A DNA stretch of 64,000 nt from an uncultured Thiotrichales bacterium (lineage in GTDB: Bacteria > Pseudomonadota > Alphaproteobacteria > Caedimonadales > Caedimonadaceae). Where the stretch lies: NCBI GenBank assembly GCA_964443525.1, contig CAYUCY010000001.1, positions 4,888 through 68,887 on the forward strand, written 5' to 3'. Below the pieces are notes generated by a model. The model saw nothing but the letters and a program-made list of their open reading frames with translations, made no database searches and was not told where the DNA came from. Both the position numbers and the translations under genes were made by a program. Positions 47,323-57,695 of the stretch are shown in pieces. How positions within the stretch are numbered: the stretch's first letter is position 1; each line of letters starts with the position of its first letter.

Positions 47323-47835
47323 TTGATCTTGAGTAGGTTCGAAAAGTGCACCCTCTCATCTTTTGAAATCCGTCTTGCAACATCCTCTGACCTTTCATCG
47401 ATGATTGAGCTTTCTCTTCAAAAACGTTTGGACTATGAGAAGTCGCAATCTCGTTTCTGGAAGAAAGCAGAAGGATCAGAAGAAAAACAAAAACTCTGGT
47501 TTTCTGAACTTTTAAAGAAAGAAGATCATATTCTTTTGATTGCCGAATCAGGGAAACAACTTGTTGGGTTTATCATTGGAGAATTGAGAAAAGCCCCGGA
47601 AGTATATGATCCCGGCGGGGTAACACTTGTAATTGATGATTTTTGTATTGCGTCGCCTTCTTGCTGGAATTCTATCGGGAGCCCTCTTTTTCTAGAGTTG
47701 GAAAAACAAGGGAAAGAAAAAGGTGCCGTTCAAACTATCACGGTATGCGGAGCCCATGATTCTGGCAAGCGTCTCTTTCTTGAGAAAATGGGATGTACAG
47801 TCTATTCTCACTGGTATGGAAAAGAAATTGGATGA
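47323..47835 (+). CDS. GNAT-family N-acetyltransferase
   Basis: About 170 aa with an acetyl-CoA-binding-like region (LVGFIIGEL...VIDDFCIA...GKEKGAVQ). A TTG start is called. Confidence 0.6.
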   Translation: MILSRFEKCTLSSFEIRLATSSDLSSMIELSLQKRLDYEKSQSRFWKKAEGSEEKQKLWFSELLKKEDHILLIAESGKQLVGFIIGELRKAPEVYDPGGVTLVIDDFCIASPSCWNSIGSPLFLELEKQGKEKGAVQTITVCGAHDSGKRLFLEKMGCTVYSHWYGKEIG

Positions 47836-47853
47836 AGGCAATAAGAATTTCGG

Positions 47854-48429
47854 ATGAATCGATTCGAACTTTCAGAAGAGCTTACATCCCGAGAGAGTCT
47901 TACTGAGACCCTCACTCGAATGCATCCCCTGGATGCTTTGGAAGCGGAACATATTGAGGGCACGCGGGCCTGGATTGAAAGCGGCGCCCGGATTTACCGT
48001 CTGCGAAAGCCGGATGTGCCGGAGAAGCACTTGGTCTCTTATTTTGTTTTGTTCGATGAGAGGGCTCGAAAGATTCTTCTTGTAGATCATAAGCTGTCAG
48101 GGCTGTGGCTCCCCTCCGGCGGGCACGTGGAGAAAGGCGAAGACCCTCAAGAGACCGTCCGCAGGGAATGTCTGGAGGAGCTCAACATTGAAGCTGATTT
48201 TTGGCGAGAAGATCCGCTTTTCCTGACTGTTACGCAAACGGTGGGGGACATCGGACGGCACATGGATGTGAGCCTTTGGTACGTTTTAAGAGGGAACTCG
48301 GAAGACACTTACGCCTTCGACATGCGCGAATTTCATACCGTCCACTGGTTTGCTTTGAACGCCCTTCCCGAAGACCGAGCGGATCCCCACCTAAAGCGGT
48401 TTGCGGAGAAATTAAGAAATCTTTTATAA
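47854..48429 (+). CDS. NUDIX hydrolase
   Basis: Nudix box GGHVEKGEDPQETVRRECLEELNI. Confidence 0.8.
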   Translation: MNRFELSEELTSRESLTETLTRMHPLDALEAEHIEGTRAWIESGARIYRLRKPDVPEKHLVSYFVLFDERARKILLVDHKLSGLWLPSGGHVEKGEDPQETVRRECLEELNIEADFWREDPLFLTVTQTVGDIGRHMDVSLWYVLRGNSEDTYAFDMREFHTVHWFALNALPEDRADPHLKRFAEKLRNLL

Positions 48430-48568
48430 CTTAACATTTTTTTAAAATGCTTTTTTTGGCTGTCTCCTTTCCTGGCTTGGATTCCCTGCAAACGAAAACG
48501 GCTTTTCCTTGCATTTTTTTATGTAAATCCTATATCTTTAACAAGTTATCTCTTGAGAGAAAGATTCG

Positions 48569-49072
48569 ATGGCTCGTTTAAAAGTACTGAAAGTTCCCGA
48601 TCCGCGTCTGAAAAAGACGGCCGAGCCTGTTGCTGCCGTCACGGATGAAATCCGAGGCATGCTCGATGACATGCTCGAGACCATGTATGCGGATGACGGC
48701 GTTGGCCTTGCGGGCAATCAGGTCGGCATTTTAAAGCGTTTGATCGTCCTTGATTGCGGCGAGAAAGATAAGCCGGAACCCCTGAAACTCGTCAATCCCG
48801 AGATTTTGGAGGCGAGTCCCGATGTGGAGCCTTTAACGGAAGGATGCCTTTCCGTCCCCGAACAATGGGCTGAGGTGATCCGCCCTAAAAAAGTTCGCTT
48901 TCGGTATTTGGATGAAAACGGAAAGACGGTCGAGCGGGAGACAACAGGCCTGTTGGCCCACTGTCTTCAGCACGAAATTGATCACCTGAACGGAATCCTA
49001 TTCGTGGACAAGCTTTCTCCTCTAAGGCGCGGAATTCTCTTGCGTCGCGCCCTTAAACTCTCTAAATCCTAA
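48569..49072 (+). CDS. def: peptide deformylase (canonical copy, def-fmt operon)
   Basis: GVGLAGNQVG, EGCLSVP and QHEIDHLNG. Confidence 0.95.
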   Translation: MARLKVLKVPDPRLKKTAEPVAAVTDEIRGMLDDMLETMYADDGVGLAGNQVGILKRLIVLDCGEKDKPEPLKLVNPEILEASPDVEPLTEGCLSVPEQWAEVIRPKKVRFRYLDENGKTVERETTGLLAHCLQHEIDHLNGILFVDKLSPLRRGILLRRALKLSKS

Positions 49073-49075
49073 AGG

Positions 49076-49999
49076 ATGACTCACCTGAAATTGATCTTTA
49101 TGGGGACGCCCGCTTTTGCGGTGCCGACTTTAAAAGCCTTGCGGGAGGCGGGCCACGAGATCTTAGCCGTTTATTCTCAACCCCCCCGTCCTGCCGGGAG
49201 AGGTCATCACGAGCAGAAAAGCCCCGTTCATCTCTTTGCAGAAGAACTTAGTATCCCCGTCCTGACGCCTTCTTCTCTGTGCGGGGAAGAAGACCAAAGA
49301 ACGTTTGCCTCTTTTCAGGCGGATGCGGCCGTCGTCGTTGCTTACGGTCTTTTGCTCCCCAAGGCGATTCTGGAGGGGACGCGTTTCGGATGTTTTAACG
49401 TTCATGCCTCTTTACTTCCCCGTTGGCGAGGGGCGGCTCCCATCCAAAGGGCCATTCAGGCGGGCGACGAGAAGACGGGTATTACCATCATGAAGATGGA
49501 CGAGGGACTCGACACAGGCCCGATGCTTTGGAGGGAAGAGGTCCCGGTCACCTCCGACACAACCGCCGAGGGTCTTCATGATACGCTCTCTCTTTTAGGC
49601 GCCAAGTCCATCGTGCCTGCTTTAGAGGGCTACCTGACGGGGGCACTTGTGCCACAAACCCAGCCTCAAGAAGGGGTAACTTATGCCCGTAAGCTCGAAA
49701 AAGAAGAAAGAAACCTTGATTGGACGCAGGACGCTCGTATCATCGAGCGAACCATCCGAGCTTTCACGCCTTGGCCGGGGGTCTCTTTTTCAATTGAAGG
49801 CAAACAGATCAAAGTTTTGAAAGCAACTCTAGTCGAAGCAACAGGGCGGCCGGGAGAGACTTTGGATGCTCGCTTGACGATTGCCTGCGGGAAGGACGCT
49901 CTTCGCTTGCTCCAAGTGCAGCCGAGCGGAAAGAAATCCATGGCGGCCTCGGATTTTTTGAATGGCTATCCAGTTCCGAAAGGGACTCTTCTTTCATGA
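49076..49999 (+). CDS. fmt: methionyl-tRNA formyltransferase
   Basis: FMGTPAFAVP and HASLLPRWRGAAPIQRAI. Confidence 0.95.
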   Translation: MTHLKLIFMGTPAFAVPTLKALREAGHEILAVYSQPPRPAGRGHHEQKSPVHLFAEELSIPVLTPSSLCGEEDQRTFASFQADAAVVVAYGLLLPKAILEGTRFGCFNVHASLLPRWRGAAPIQRAIQAGDEKTGITIMKMDEGLDTGPMLWREEVPVTSDTTAEGLHDTLSLLGAKSIVPALEGYLTGALVPQTQPQEGVTYARKLEKEERNLDWTQDARIIERTIRAFTPWPGVSFSIEGKQIKVLKATLVEATGRPGETLDARLTIACGKDALRLLQVQPSGKKSMAASDFLNGYPVPKGTLLS

Positions 50000-50733
50000 C
50001 CCGTTATAAACTTACCATCGAATATGACGGAACTCCTTTTGTTGGATGGCAGCGTCAGGGAACGGGTGTGAGTGTCCAGCAAGTGATCGAAGAAGCACTG
50101 TACCGTTTTTCGCAAGAGACCGTGACGCTTTTCGGCTCCGGGCGAACGGATGCGGGCGTCCATGCACTCGGTCAGGTAGCCCATGTAGATCTTCAAAAAG
50201 AGACGACAGCCTATCAGGTTATGAGAGCCCTTAATTTTTATTTAAAAGACCTGCCCGTTTCGATCCTTGGGTGTGAGCGCGTATCGGAGAACTTCCACGC
50301 CCGTTTTTCGGCAACGATGAGAACCTATGTCTATAAAATCCTCAACCGTCCTTCAAAGCCGGCACTTGAGCGGGATCGGGTGTGGTGGGTGCCGCAGGCG
50401 CTTGATGGAGAGGCAATGCAGGAGGGAGCTCGGTACCTCGTCGGTCATCATGATTTTTCAACCTTTCGGGCGAGTGAGTGCCAGGCCCTCTCTCCCCTCA
50501 AAACCGTCGCTCGAGTGGATGTGATAAAGGTCGGGGAGATGATAGAGGTGTGGGTGGAGGCCAAATCCTTTCTCCATCATCAGGTCCGGAACATGGTTGG
50601 AACACTGAAATGGGTAGGAGAAGGGAAATGGACGCCGGATCGGGTCCAGGCTGTTCTTCATGCAAAAGATCGGGCACAAGGAGGGCCTACGGCACCGGCC
50701 TCGGGGCTTTACTTTGTTTCCGTTCTCTATTAA
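49996..50733 (+). CDS. truA: tRNA pseudouridine(38-40) synthase
   Basis: YDGTPFVGWQRQ and GSGRTDAGVHALGQV, which contains the catalytic Asp. Confidence 0.95.
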   Translation: MTRYKLTIEYDGTPFVGWQRQGTGVSVQQVIEEALYRFSQETVTLFGSGRTDAGVHALGQVAHVDLQKETTAYQVMRALNFYLKDLPVSILGCERVSENFHARFSATMRTYVYKILNRPSKPALERDRVWWVPQALDGEAMQEGARYLVGHHDFSTFRASECQALSPLKTVARVDVIKVGEMIEVWVEAKSFLHHQVRNMVGTLKWVGEGKWTPDRVQAVLHAKDRAQGGPTAPASGLYFVSVLY

Positions 50734-50772
50734 TCTCCTGCTTTTGAAGGAACTTGCCTTGACGCAAAAAAA

Positions 50773-52131
50773 ATGCCTATGATAAGGCAAAAGAAAAAAA
50801 CAGAAGGGCGGATGGATAAACAAAAGATCTCCAAACAGCTTCATACCGTCAGGGCATGGACGATTGCGGTCATCGCGGGCTTCTTTTACTGTTATCAGTT
50901 TATCATTCGGGTTTTTCCGAACGTTTTGAATGATGACTTGATGCGCGTTTTTTCCATTGATGCAGCTGCGTTAGGTGTCGTCGTCGGATTTTACTCTTGG
51001 GCGTATTCTGGGATGCAGCTTCCTTTAGGCCTGACCATTGATCGGATGGGCCCCCGCATTTTGCTTTCGCTTGCGGGATTCGTCTGCGGGATTTCTTGTC
51101 TGATCTTTGCATCCACAACGAGCATCACTCTTGCTAGTATCGCCCGTTTTCTCATGGGAATGGGCAGTGCTTGCGGTTTTATGAGTGCGATCAAGCTCGG
51201 GACTTTGTGGTTTGCTCCTAAGGATTTGGGCAAGGTCATCGCGCTTACTATGATTTTCGGGACCATCGGCGCAAGCTTAGGCGGCACTCCTCTCAGTTAT
51301 GTGGTTGATTATGTCGGATACAAAGGGACGTTGAGTCTCTTAGGGTTTACCGGCTTTGGTATCGGAGTTCTGGTTTTTCTCGTTGTTCGAAATTCGCCCA
51401 CGGAAATTGGTGGAAAAGTAAAGGTTGAAATTTATAAGAACGAGCATCCCCTAGCTGACATCAGACGCGTTATCTCAACTCCACAAGCCTGGATAATCGC
51501 ATTTTATAGCATGCTTATGTATGCACCGATCACGATTATGGGCGATGCGTGGGGAGTTCCATTTTTTATCCGTACCTGCGAGGTCAACGAAAAGGTGGCC
51601 GCAACCCTTGTGACGACCATGTTTGTTGGAGCCGCCGTCGGAAGTCCTTTTTTCACAACACTTTCGGATCGCTTTAAGAATCGCCGCATTCCGATGTTAG
51701 GGGGGGCAGTTGCTGCGTTTCTAATTTACATGGTTCTTCTCTTTGTACCAAACATGCATCTTCTCATGATGTACGGTCTGATGTTTTTGGCGGGCTTTTT
51801 TTATACGGCAAAGGTGCTTTCGTTCGCCTCTATCTGTGAGATCATGCCGGCGAATATGAGCGGCGTTTCAATTGCATTCGTTAATATGGTCGTCATGTCG
51901 ACAGGGATCATCTTTCATCCTCTCATCGGTTATCTCTTGGAATATAAGGGGGGGAATCTCTTTATCGAGGGAATGCCCTATTACTCGGCCGGGGATTACG
52001 CTTTTGCTTTGACAGTTATTCCTCTCTGCCTTTTTCTCTCCATCTTTCTCAGCTGGTTTACGAAAGAGACACACCCGGAGTCTTCAGTTGCAAAAGAGTA
52101 TGGTCATATGTTGGATCCAGATGCTCTTTAA
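50773..52131 (+). CDS. MFS transporter
   Basis: About 12 TM segments and an MFS loop motif (LGLTIDRMGPR). The start may instead be ATG 50812 (MDKQK). Confidence 0.8.
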   Translation: MPMIRQKKKTEGRMDKQKISKQLHTVRAWTIAVIAGFFYCYQFIIRVFPNVLNDDLMRVFSIDAAALGVVVGFYSWAYSGMQLPLGLTIDRMGPRILLSLAGFVCGISCLIFASTTSITLASIARFLMGMGSACGFMSAIKLGTLWFAPKDLGKVIALTMIFGTIGASLGGTPLSYVVDYVGYKGTLSLLGFTGFGIGVLVFLVVRNSPTEIGGKVKVEIYKNEHPLADIRRVISTPQAWIIAFYSMLMYAPITIMGDAWGVPFFIRTCEVNEKVAATLVTTMFVGAAVGSPFFTTLSDRFKNRRIPMLGGAVAAFLIYMVLLFVPNMHLLMMYGLMFLAGFFYTAKVLSFASICEIMPANMSGVSIAFVNMVVMSTGIIFHPLIGYLLEYKGGNLFIEGMPYYSAGDYAFALTVIPLCLFLSIFLSWFTKETHPESSVAKEYGHMLDPDAL

Positions 52132-52427
52132 GAGCGGATCCTGGTTGGGGCAAAATTATCCGCGTAACTTTTAGGTTTGAAAAGAAAGTCTTGAGGCGAG
52201 AGAACCCGATAATCCCACCCTTGGTTTTTAGCATAGGCAATGGCCTCTTCAGCCGTTTTGAAAGTCAATCTGACTTGATGGAGTGTTTCTTTTGATCCCG
52301 TCCATCCCATCAAGGGTTCAGAGAAGCGCTGCTTTTCTTTCTCCAACTCAAGAACCCAACGCTTCGTTAACCCCCTTCCCGACTGCATAGCGGTTTTAGA
52401 GGGTCTATAGATACGAGCACGGTGCAT
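52128..52427 (-). CDS. ETC complex I subunit conserved-region protein (NDUFS4/18-kDa homolog)
   Basis: ARIYRPSKTAMQSGR...PLMGWTGS...F.T.EEAIAYAKNQGWDY is typical of the alphaproteobacterial NDUFS4-like family. Confidence 0.8.
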   Translation of the reverse strand: MHRARIYRPSKTAMQSGRGLTKRWVLELEKEKQRFSEPLMGWTGSKETLHQVRLTFKTAEEAIAYAKNQGWDYRVLSPQDFLFKPKSYADNFAPTRIRS

Positions 52428-52443
52428 GGAGAGGGCCTTTCTC

Positions 52444-52911
52444 TTATGTTAGCTTTGATACAGCTTTTAACACTTCTTCAATATGACCCGGCACCTTAAC
52501 ATTACGCCATTCGGCCGCAAGGATTCCGTTTTGATCGATGACGAAAGTTGATCGTTCAATCCCGAGATATTTCTTGCCGTACATGTTTTTTTCTTTCATG
52601 ACGTTGAACGCTTCACAGACATGACCATCGGGATCAGAGCCGAGAGGAAATGGAAGGCTGTATTTCCGTTTAAATTTTTTGTGAGAAGAAATAGAATCTT
52701 TGGAAATTCCAATAATTTCTGCATTCAGTTCTTTAAATTTAGGATAAAATTCTCGAAAACCGCAAGACTCTAAAGTGCACCCAGGCGTGTCATCTTTTGG
52801 GTAAAAGTATAAAACAATAATTTTACCTCTGTAATCTTTCAATGAAAGGGGTGTTGATTCTTCGATTTTTATGGTAAAGTCCGGAACAAGGTTACCTATT
52901 GTGATCGCCAT
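52444..52911 (-). CDS. bcp: peroxiredoxin (Bcp-type)
   Basis: YFYPKDDTPGCTLESC. The start is taken at the internal ATG 52911. Confidence 0.9.
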   Translation of the reverse strand: MAITIGNLVPDFTIKIEESTPLSLKDYRGKIIVLYFYPKDDTPGCTLESCGFREFYPKFKELNAEIIGISKDSISSHKKFKRKYSLPFPLGSDPDGHVCEAFNVMKEKNMYGKKYLGIERSTFVIDQNGILAAEWRNVKVPGHIEEVLKAVSKLT

Positions 52912-52990
52912 GAATGTCCCTCTTTGCTTTATACGATTCACATGTAAGGATCAGCATATCGTGAAACGAGTTAAAAGTTAAGATCATCCC

Positions 52991-55900
52991 TTGAAAAGAT
53001 TTAAAAAATCTCTGAACATTCTTCTTAAAACCGGTATAGGGTTTGCAGCTCTTCTTTTGCTAGGGTTTGGGGCTCTTTCCGTCAGACTTCACCAAGGCCC
53101 GATTTCCTTAAGTGGGTGGTCGGATCAAATTCAAAGAAGCGTTGAATCTCTTTCTGCTGACCTTCGGCTTAAGATTGAAAATCCCGAATTGGCTTGGGGA
53201 GATTGGCGCAAGCCTTTCGTCGTACGAGCAAGAGAAATAAGAGTTGAACACAAACAAGGAGATGCTCTCAAAGTTCAAATCCCGGAAGTGACAATGACGT
53301 TTCGATTAACTCACTTGTTGCTCGGGAAGTTTACCCCCTATCTCCTTGAAACTGAGCAAGCTTATGTTTATTTTGACCCCTCCGTTTTAAGAAAAAATGA
53401 AGCAGAGACAGAAAAGAAGAAATTTCCGATTTCATATAGCGATTTGATATCGGCTTTTAATGCGATCCCCGCCCAAAAGATTCAGCTTTCTCATGTGACG
53501 GTAGAGATACCTGATTCTCCTTATACAAAGCCTCTCAAAATCTCTGATTTATCTCTTTCCTATAAGAAGAGCTTTCGAAGCATGATCGCTGATCTTGGAT
53601 TTCAGATAGATCAAACAACCGTCAGAGGAGATATTAAACTCAAACCGGGTGAAAATGAGGTCGGGGGTTATCTGTCCTTTCAACAATACGATCCTTCTAT
53701 CATGACTCTTTTCAAAAAAGAAGCATTTCAAGAGACACCCTTTTCCCTTGTTTTAGAGACGCTTGAAAAGCAAACCCTCCGAGGCTCATTCGAGATCAGC
53801 GGTCTTTACAATATGAGGATGAAGCTTCTCGAGACAGCTTCTCTCAAGGTGTCGGATCTTTCGGGAGAACTTGATATAAGGCCTTTAATCGGAAGACCTC
53901 TCAAGATCAAAGGAGGAGAAGTAGATCTTTCTTACGAGGATAATCATGTCTCTGCGAAAAATTTAAGGGTTTCGGTAGATGGTATCGACACCGGAGCTGA
54001 TCTAGAGGGGGCTTTTAATCCTGAGACGGGCGTCCTTTCCTTGGAAGTCGAAACCCAGGCACGGAGCATTCCCTTTGATGAACTTAAGACCTACTGGCCC
54101 AAAGGGTTGGCGGACATCCCGAGGACCTGGGTTACGGGACGTATTTCAAAGGGCATTTGTCCCCGGGCAACTCTACACACAACACTCGGCCTATCTTATG
54201 GCGACCAGGGACTTAAGATGACGGTAGAGCAGCTCAAAGGAGAAATTCAGGTCAAAGATGCGACTGTACGGTACATGGACGAGCTGCCCACTGTTACAAA
54301 TGTGGACGGCACGGCTCTCTATACGAATAAAGAGATGGCTATTACTATTTCCAAAGGGAAAAGCGGAGGGATTCATCTCAAAGGGGGAAAAATCCTGATT
54401 AACGGCCTTGACGTCGAAGATCAGCATATAGAAATTTTACTGGGATTGACCTCTCCTCTTAAAAATGCAGTTGCTTTTATCGAACAGAAACCGCTTGAGT
54501 TCGCCCAAAAATTTCGACTCAAAAGTCAATATGTTTTAGGAGAGGCGGAGGATATTCAACTTTCACTCAAGTTTCCCCTCGAACAGAGTGTTACCCTAAA
54601 TCAGGTGAAAGCCGATGTGAAAGCCAAAGTTAAAAATTTCACGTCAAAGAGTCTCTTAAAAGGTATCAAAGCCGATATCGTGCGAGGGAACCTTGATGTC
54701 CACGTGAGCAACGAAGCGGTTTCTCTTGTAGGAGACATTGAAATTTCGGGAGCTCCGTCCCACTTGACGTTAAAGCAGACATTTAAAGATAAAAAAGAGC
54801 CGATTGACCTGTTGCTTAAGAGCGCACTTACAAAAAATTTGTTGGATCAAAATCAGATTCCCGGCTTTGATGCTTTTATCGGACATCTCCCCTATGAGCT
54901 TAAGTTTAAGGGGTCTGAAGAAGACGGTTATCACTTGGATATGACGGCCGATCTTGCGCCAGTCACTTTGAACGCCTTCGGATGGGAAAAGCAAGCAAAG
55001 ACACCAGGTACCCTCAATGTGAAAGCAACTTTATCTCCTCAGGGAGAGTGGACGCTCCATACCCTCAAAGGAACTTGCGGGGATTCTCTTCGGGTTGAGA
55101 TTGCCGGAGAATCTCAAGAGGGTCGCATAAAACATTTTGAGGTCAAATCGTTTCGTTTGGGAAAGACAGATCTCTCGGGGCATATCGATTTTGTGAACGC
55201 ATTCGGATATGCAGTCGTTTTGCAAGGCCCTCGGCTTAATCTTGAGCCTTTTATGCTGTTGTCGAAAGGAAAGAAAAATACTTTTACAGAACCCTTAAAA
55301 CTGACCTTGAGAGTTGATCGCCTGGATTTCGGGGAAGAACGCTATTTTCGTGGGAACGACCTTTTTCTGATTATGAAAGAGGGTCTTATTCGTCAGCTGA
55401 CTTACTCGGCTCTTTTGGAGAGCCAATCACGAGATCCTATGATTCGTGTGGTTATTGAATCGAATCCCGAAACAAAGGTAAGAACGCTCACTCTGAAATC
55501 AGACCATGCGGGAAAGGTTTTAAAGGCCCTTGATATTTCAAATAATGTCAGTGGCGGTAAATTAAAAATTATCGCAACTCATGCGGGAACATCGGATAAA
55601 GTGCCTTGGAAGGGGAAGCTGCAAATTAAGGATTTTGCGCTCAAAGAGGCTCCGCTCATGAGTAAACTCTTAACGCTTGCCTTTCCAACGGGTATTATAG
55701 ACCTTATGTCCGATAAAGGGCTGCCGTTCAATAAGTTTAGGGTAAATTTTAGTTATACGCCGTCCAAGATCGTCTTAAAGGACGGTCGCGCCAACGGGAT
55801 TTCTTTGGGGATGACCGTGAATGGGACGATTGATCAAACTTATGATCAACTCCATCTTCAAGGATCAGTGATTCCCGCTCAAATGCTGAATACCTTTCTT

Positions 55901-56116
55901 TCTAAAGTGCCGCTAGTTGGCGAGCTTATCACGGGGGGTAAGCATGAGGGCTTGTTTGCAATCTCTTATAGTATTGAAGGGCCGATCAGTGCTGCACGAG
56001 TCTTCGCCAATCCTATTTCTGTTTTAACACCCGGATTTTTGAGAAAAATCTTCGAAAAAGACCTGGGGGAGAAATCAGATTCGGATGATGACGACCGAGA
56101 TCTGGAAGATCTCTAG
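52991..56116 (+). CDS. AsmA/YhdP-like large envelope protein (DUF3971 plus AsmA-like C-terminus)
   Basis: N-terminal TM anchor, about 1000 aa of beta-rich sequence, and a conserved C-terminal region (FNKFRVNFSYTPSKIVLKDGRANGISLGMTVNGTID). The tail is acidic. Confidence 0.7.
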   Translation: MKRFKKSLNILLKTGIGFAALLLLGFGALSVRLHQGPISLSGWSDQIQRSVESLSADLRLKIENPELAWGDWRKPFVVRAREIRVEHKQGDALKVQIPEVTMTFRLTHLLLGKFTPYLLETEQAYVYFDPSVLRKNEAETEKKKFPISYSDLISAFNAIPAQKIQLSHVTVEIPDSPYTKPLKISDLSLSYKKSFRSMIADLGFQIDQTTVRGDIKLKPGENEVGGYLSFQQYDPSIMTLFKKEAFQETPFSLVLETLEKQTLRGSFEISGLYNMRMKLLETASLKVSDLSGELDIRPLIGRPLKIKGGEVDLSYEDNHVSAKNLRVSVDGIDTGADLEGAFNPETGVLSLEVETQARSIPFDELKTYWPKGLADIPRTWVTGRISKGICPRATLHTTLGLSYGDQGLKMTVEQLKGEIQVKDATVRYMDELPTVTNVDGTALYTNKEMAITISKGKSGGIHLKGGKILINGLDVEDQHIEILLGLTSPLKNAVAFIEQKPLEFAQKFRLKSQYVLGEAEDIQLSLKFPLEQSVTLNQVKADVKAKVKNFTSKSLLKGIKADIVRGNLDVHVSNEAVSLVGDIEISGAPSHLTLKQTFKDKKEPIDLLLKSALTKNLLDQNQIPGFDAFIGHLPYELKFKGSEEDGYHLDMTADLAPVTLNAFGWEKQAKTPGTLNVKATLSPQGEWTLHTLKGTCGDSLRVEIAGESQEGRIKHFEVKSFRLGKTDLSGHIDFVNAFGYAVVLQGPRLNLEPFMLLSKGKKNTFTEPLKLTLRVDRLDFGEERYFRGNDLFLIMKEGLIRQLTYSALLESQSRDPMIRVVIESNPETKVRTLTLKSDHAGKVLKALDISNNVSGGKLKIIATHAGTSDKVPWKGKLQIKDFALKEAPLMSKLLTLAFPTGIIDLMSDKGLPFNKFRVNFSYTPSKIVLKDGRANGISLGMTVNGTIDQTYDQLHLQGSVIPAQMLNTFLSKVPLVGELITGGKHEGLFAISYSIEGPISAARVFANPISVLTPGFLRKIFEKDLGEKSDSDDDDRDLEDL

Positions 56117-56191
56117 GGAGCAAGATAAAGGTTGCATCTTTAAGCTGAAGGCAGTATAAAGTGTCAAGATTTTTATGAGGAGTTTTGTCGT

Positions 56192-56416
56192 ATGAAAAAA
56201 GAAATTCACCCAGACTATCACACCATCAAGGTTGTCATGACTGACGGGAGTACTTTTGAAACCCGTTCTACATGGGGAAAAGAAGGTGATACGATGCGCC
56301 TTGACGTCGATCCAACAACTCACCCGGCCTGGACGGGGGTTCACCGTCTGATGGATTCAGGCGGTCAGCTTTCCAAATTTAATTCCCGCTTCTCCGGCTT
56401 CGGTCTCAAGAAGTAG
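56192..56416 (+). CDS. rpmE: 50S ribosomal protein L31
   Basis: [10 protein letters not shown]...THPAWTG. No CxxC zinc motif is present. Confidence 0.95.
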   Translation: MKKEIHPDYHTIKVVMTDGSTFETRSTWGKEGDTMRLDVDPTTHPAWTGVHRLMDSGGQLSKFNSRFSGFGLKK

Positions 56417-56783
56417 AATTCTTATTCACTTGGCGTGAAATGCGCCATACTTTTTTATAGAGCGTGTGACTGCGCTCTATTATTTTTTGAGCCCTGAGCG
56501 GTATTTCTCTATGATTAAGAGGTGGAGAATAAACCGTTAACGGGTGATCTGCAAGCGCATCAAAGGCAATTTCTCCCTTTTGAGCGGCCCGATAATAAAG
56601 GAGCCACGCCATCACATCCGTCAGTTGCGCCGTTACTCGAATCATTTCCTTGACAAGCACAAGCGTTTCAAGGGAAGAAAGGGAGATCGAGTCATTCCCC
56701 AGATGAAGGGAGTTATATTCCCGAGCTTGGTTGAGAAGATTTTGAGTTTCGAAGTAAGTCGTATCAAGAAAATCTTTTAACAT
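56406..56783 (-). CDS. rcdA: DUF1465 protein (RcdA-like protease adaptor family)
   Basis: [27 protein letters not shown] matches the DUF1465 core as recalled. Confidence 0.65.
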   Translation of the reverse strand: MLKDFLDTTYFETQNLLNQAREYNSLHLGNDSISLSSLETLVLVKEMIRVTAQLTDVMAWLLYYRAAQKGEIAFDALADHPLTVYSPPLNHREIPLRAQKIIERSHTLYKKVWRISRQVNKNSTS

Positions 56784-56859
56784 AACTCCTCCAGTATCAA
56801 TATATTATAATTATAATACACCATAATTATTATGATTTTATTAACTTAATATTTTTTTA

Positions 56860-57687
56860 TTACGCGAATGTTTTCGTAATTCTTACGAATTCTTCGACTG
56901 AAAGAGTTTCGGGTCTTCGAGAGGGATCAATGCCAATTTTTTTGAGGAGAAAAAGGCTATCGGGATAGAGGGATTTTAAACTCGTAGAGAGCATCTTTCG
57001 TCTTTGACTGAAGGCGGCAGCCGTTACTTTTTCCAAGGACTCGATCGGGACGGACAGGGCAGAAGAGGGATGCGGTATGAGTTGTACAACGGATGACCAA
57101 ACCTTAGGCGATGGTGTGAAAGTTTTGGGAGAAAGATCAAGAAGTTTTTTCGGCATGGCTGCATATTGAGAGATGACCGAAAGACGTCCGTAGGAAGCGC
57201 TTCCGGGGCGTGCCGTAATGCGATCGGCGACTTCCTTTTGAAACATAAGAGTAAGGCTTGTAAAAGCCTCCCTCGCCTTTAACCATTTAATCAGGAGAGG
57301 AGTTGCAATATTATAGGGAAGATTGGCAACGACTTTGCGAGGAGGGGGAGCAAGCTTTTCAAATTGCGTCTCGAGGGCGTCTCCTTCAATAAGCCGAAGG
57401 CGTCCCTCCGCCGCTTCAAGAAGAGAACGCAGTACATCAAGACATCGACTGTCTTTCTCAACAGCAATAACTTTGGGCGCTCCTTCCAAGAGGAGAGCTC
57501 GTGTCAACCCGCCTGGCCCCGGCCCCACTTCAAAAACCGTGAATCCTTCGAAAGGTCCCGCAAGACGGGCAATCTTTCGGGTTATGTTAAGGTCGAGGAG
57601 AAAATTTTGCCCGAGTTTTTTTTGAGCGTGCAAGCCGCCCCTCTCGATGAGATCTCGAAGAGGGGGAAGCAGCTCAATCTTGTCCAA
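56860..57687 (-). CDS. rsmA: 16S rRNA (adenine1518/1519-N6)-dimethyltransferase
   Basis: KKLGQNFLLD, VFEVGPGPGGLT and ANLPYNI. Confidence 0.95.
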   Translation of the reverse strand: MDKIELLPPLRDLIERGGLHAQKKLGQNFLLDLNITRKIARLAGPFEGFTVFEVGPGPGGLTRALLLEGAPKVIAVEKDSRCLDVLRSLLEAAEGRLRLIEGDALETQFEKLAPPPRKVVANLPYNIATPLLIKWLKAREAFTSLTLMFQKEVADRITARPGSASYGRLSVISQYAAMPKKLLDLSPKTFTPSPKVWSSVVQLIPHPSSALSVPIESLEKVTAAAFSQRRKMLSTSLKSLYPDSLFLLKKIGIDPSRRPETLSVEEFVRITKTFA

Positions 57688-57695
57688 GTCGGGTC

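Noticed and set aside
47323-47835. The GNAT gene as a TacT/AtaT-type toxin of a toxin-antitoxin pair
   Set aside because: No small RHH/DUF1778-type antitoxin ORF lies upstream or downstream. The upstream sequence is a carbamoyltransferase-like fragment on the other strand.
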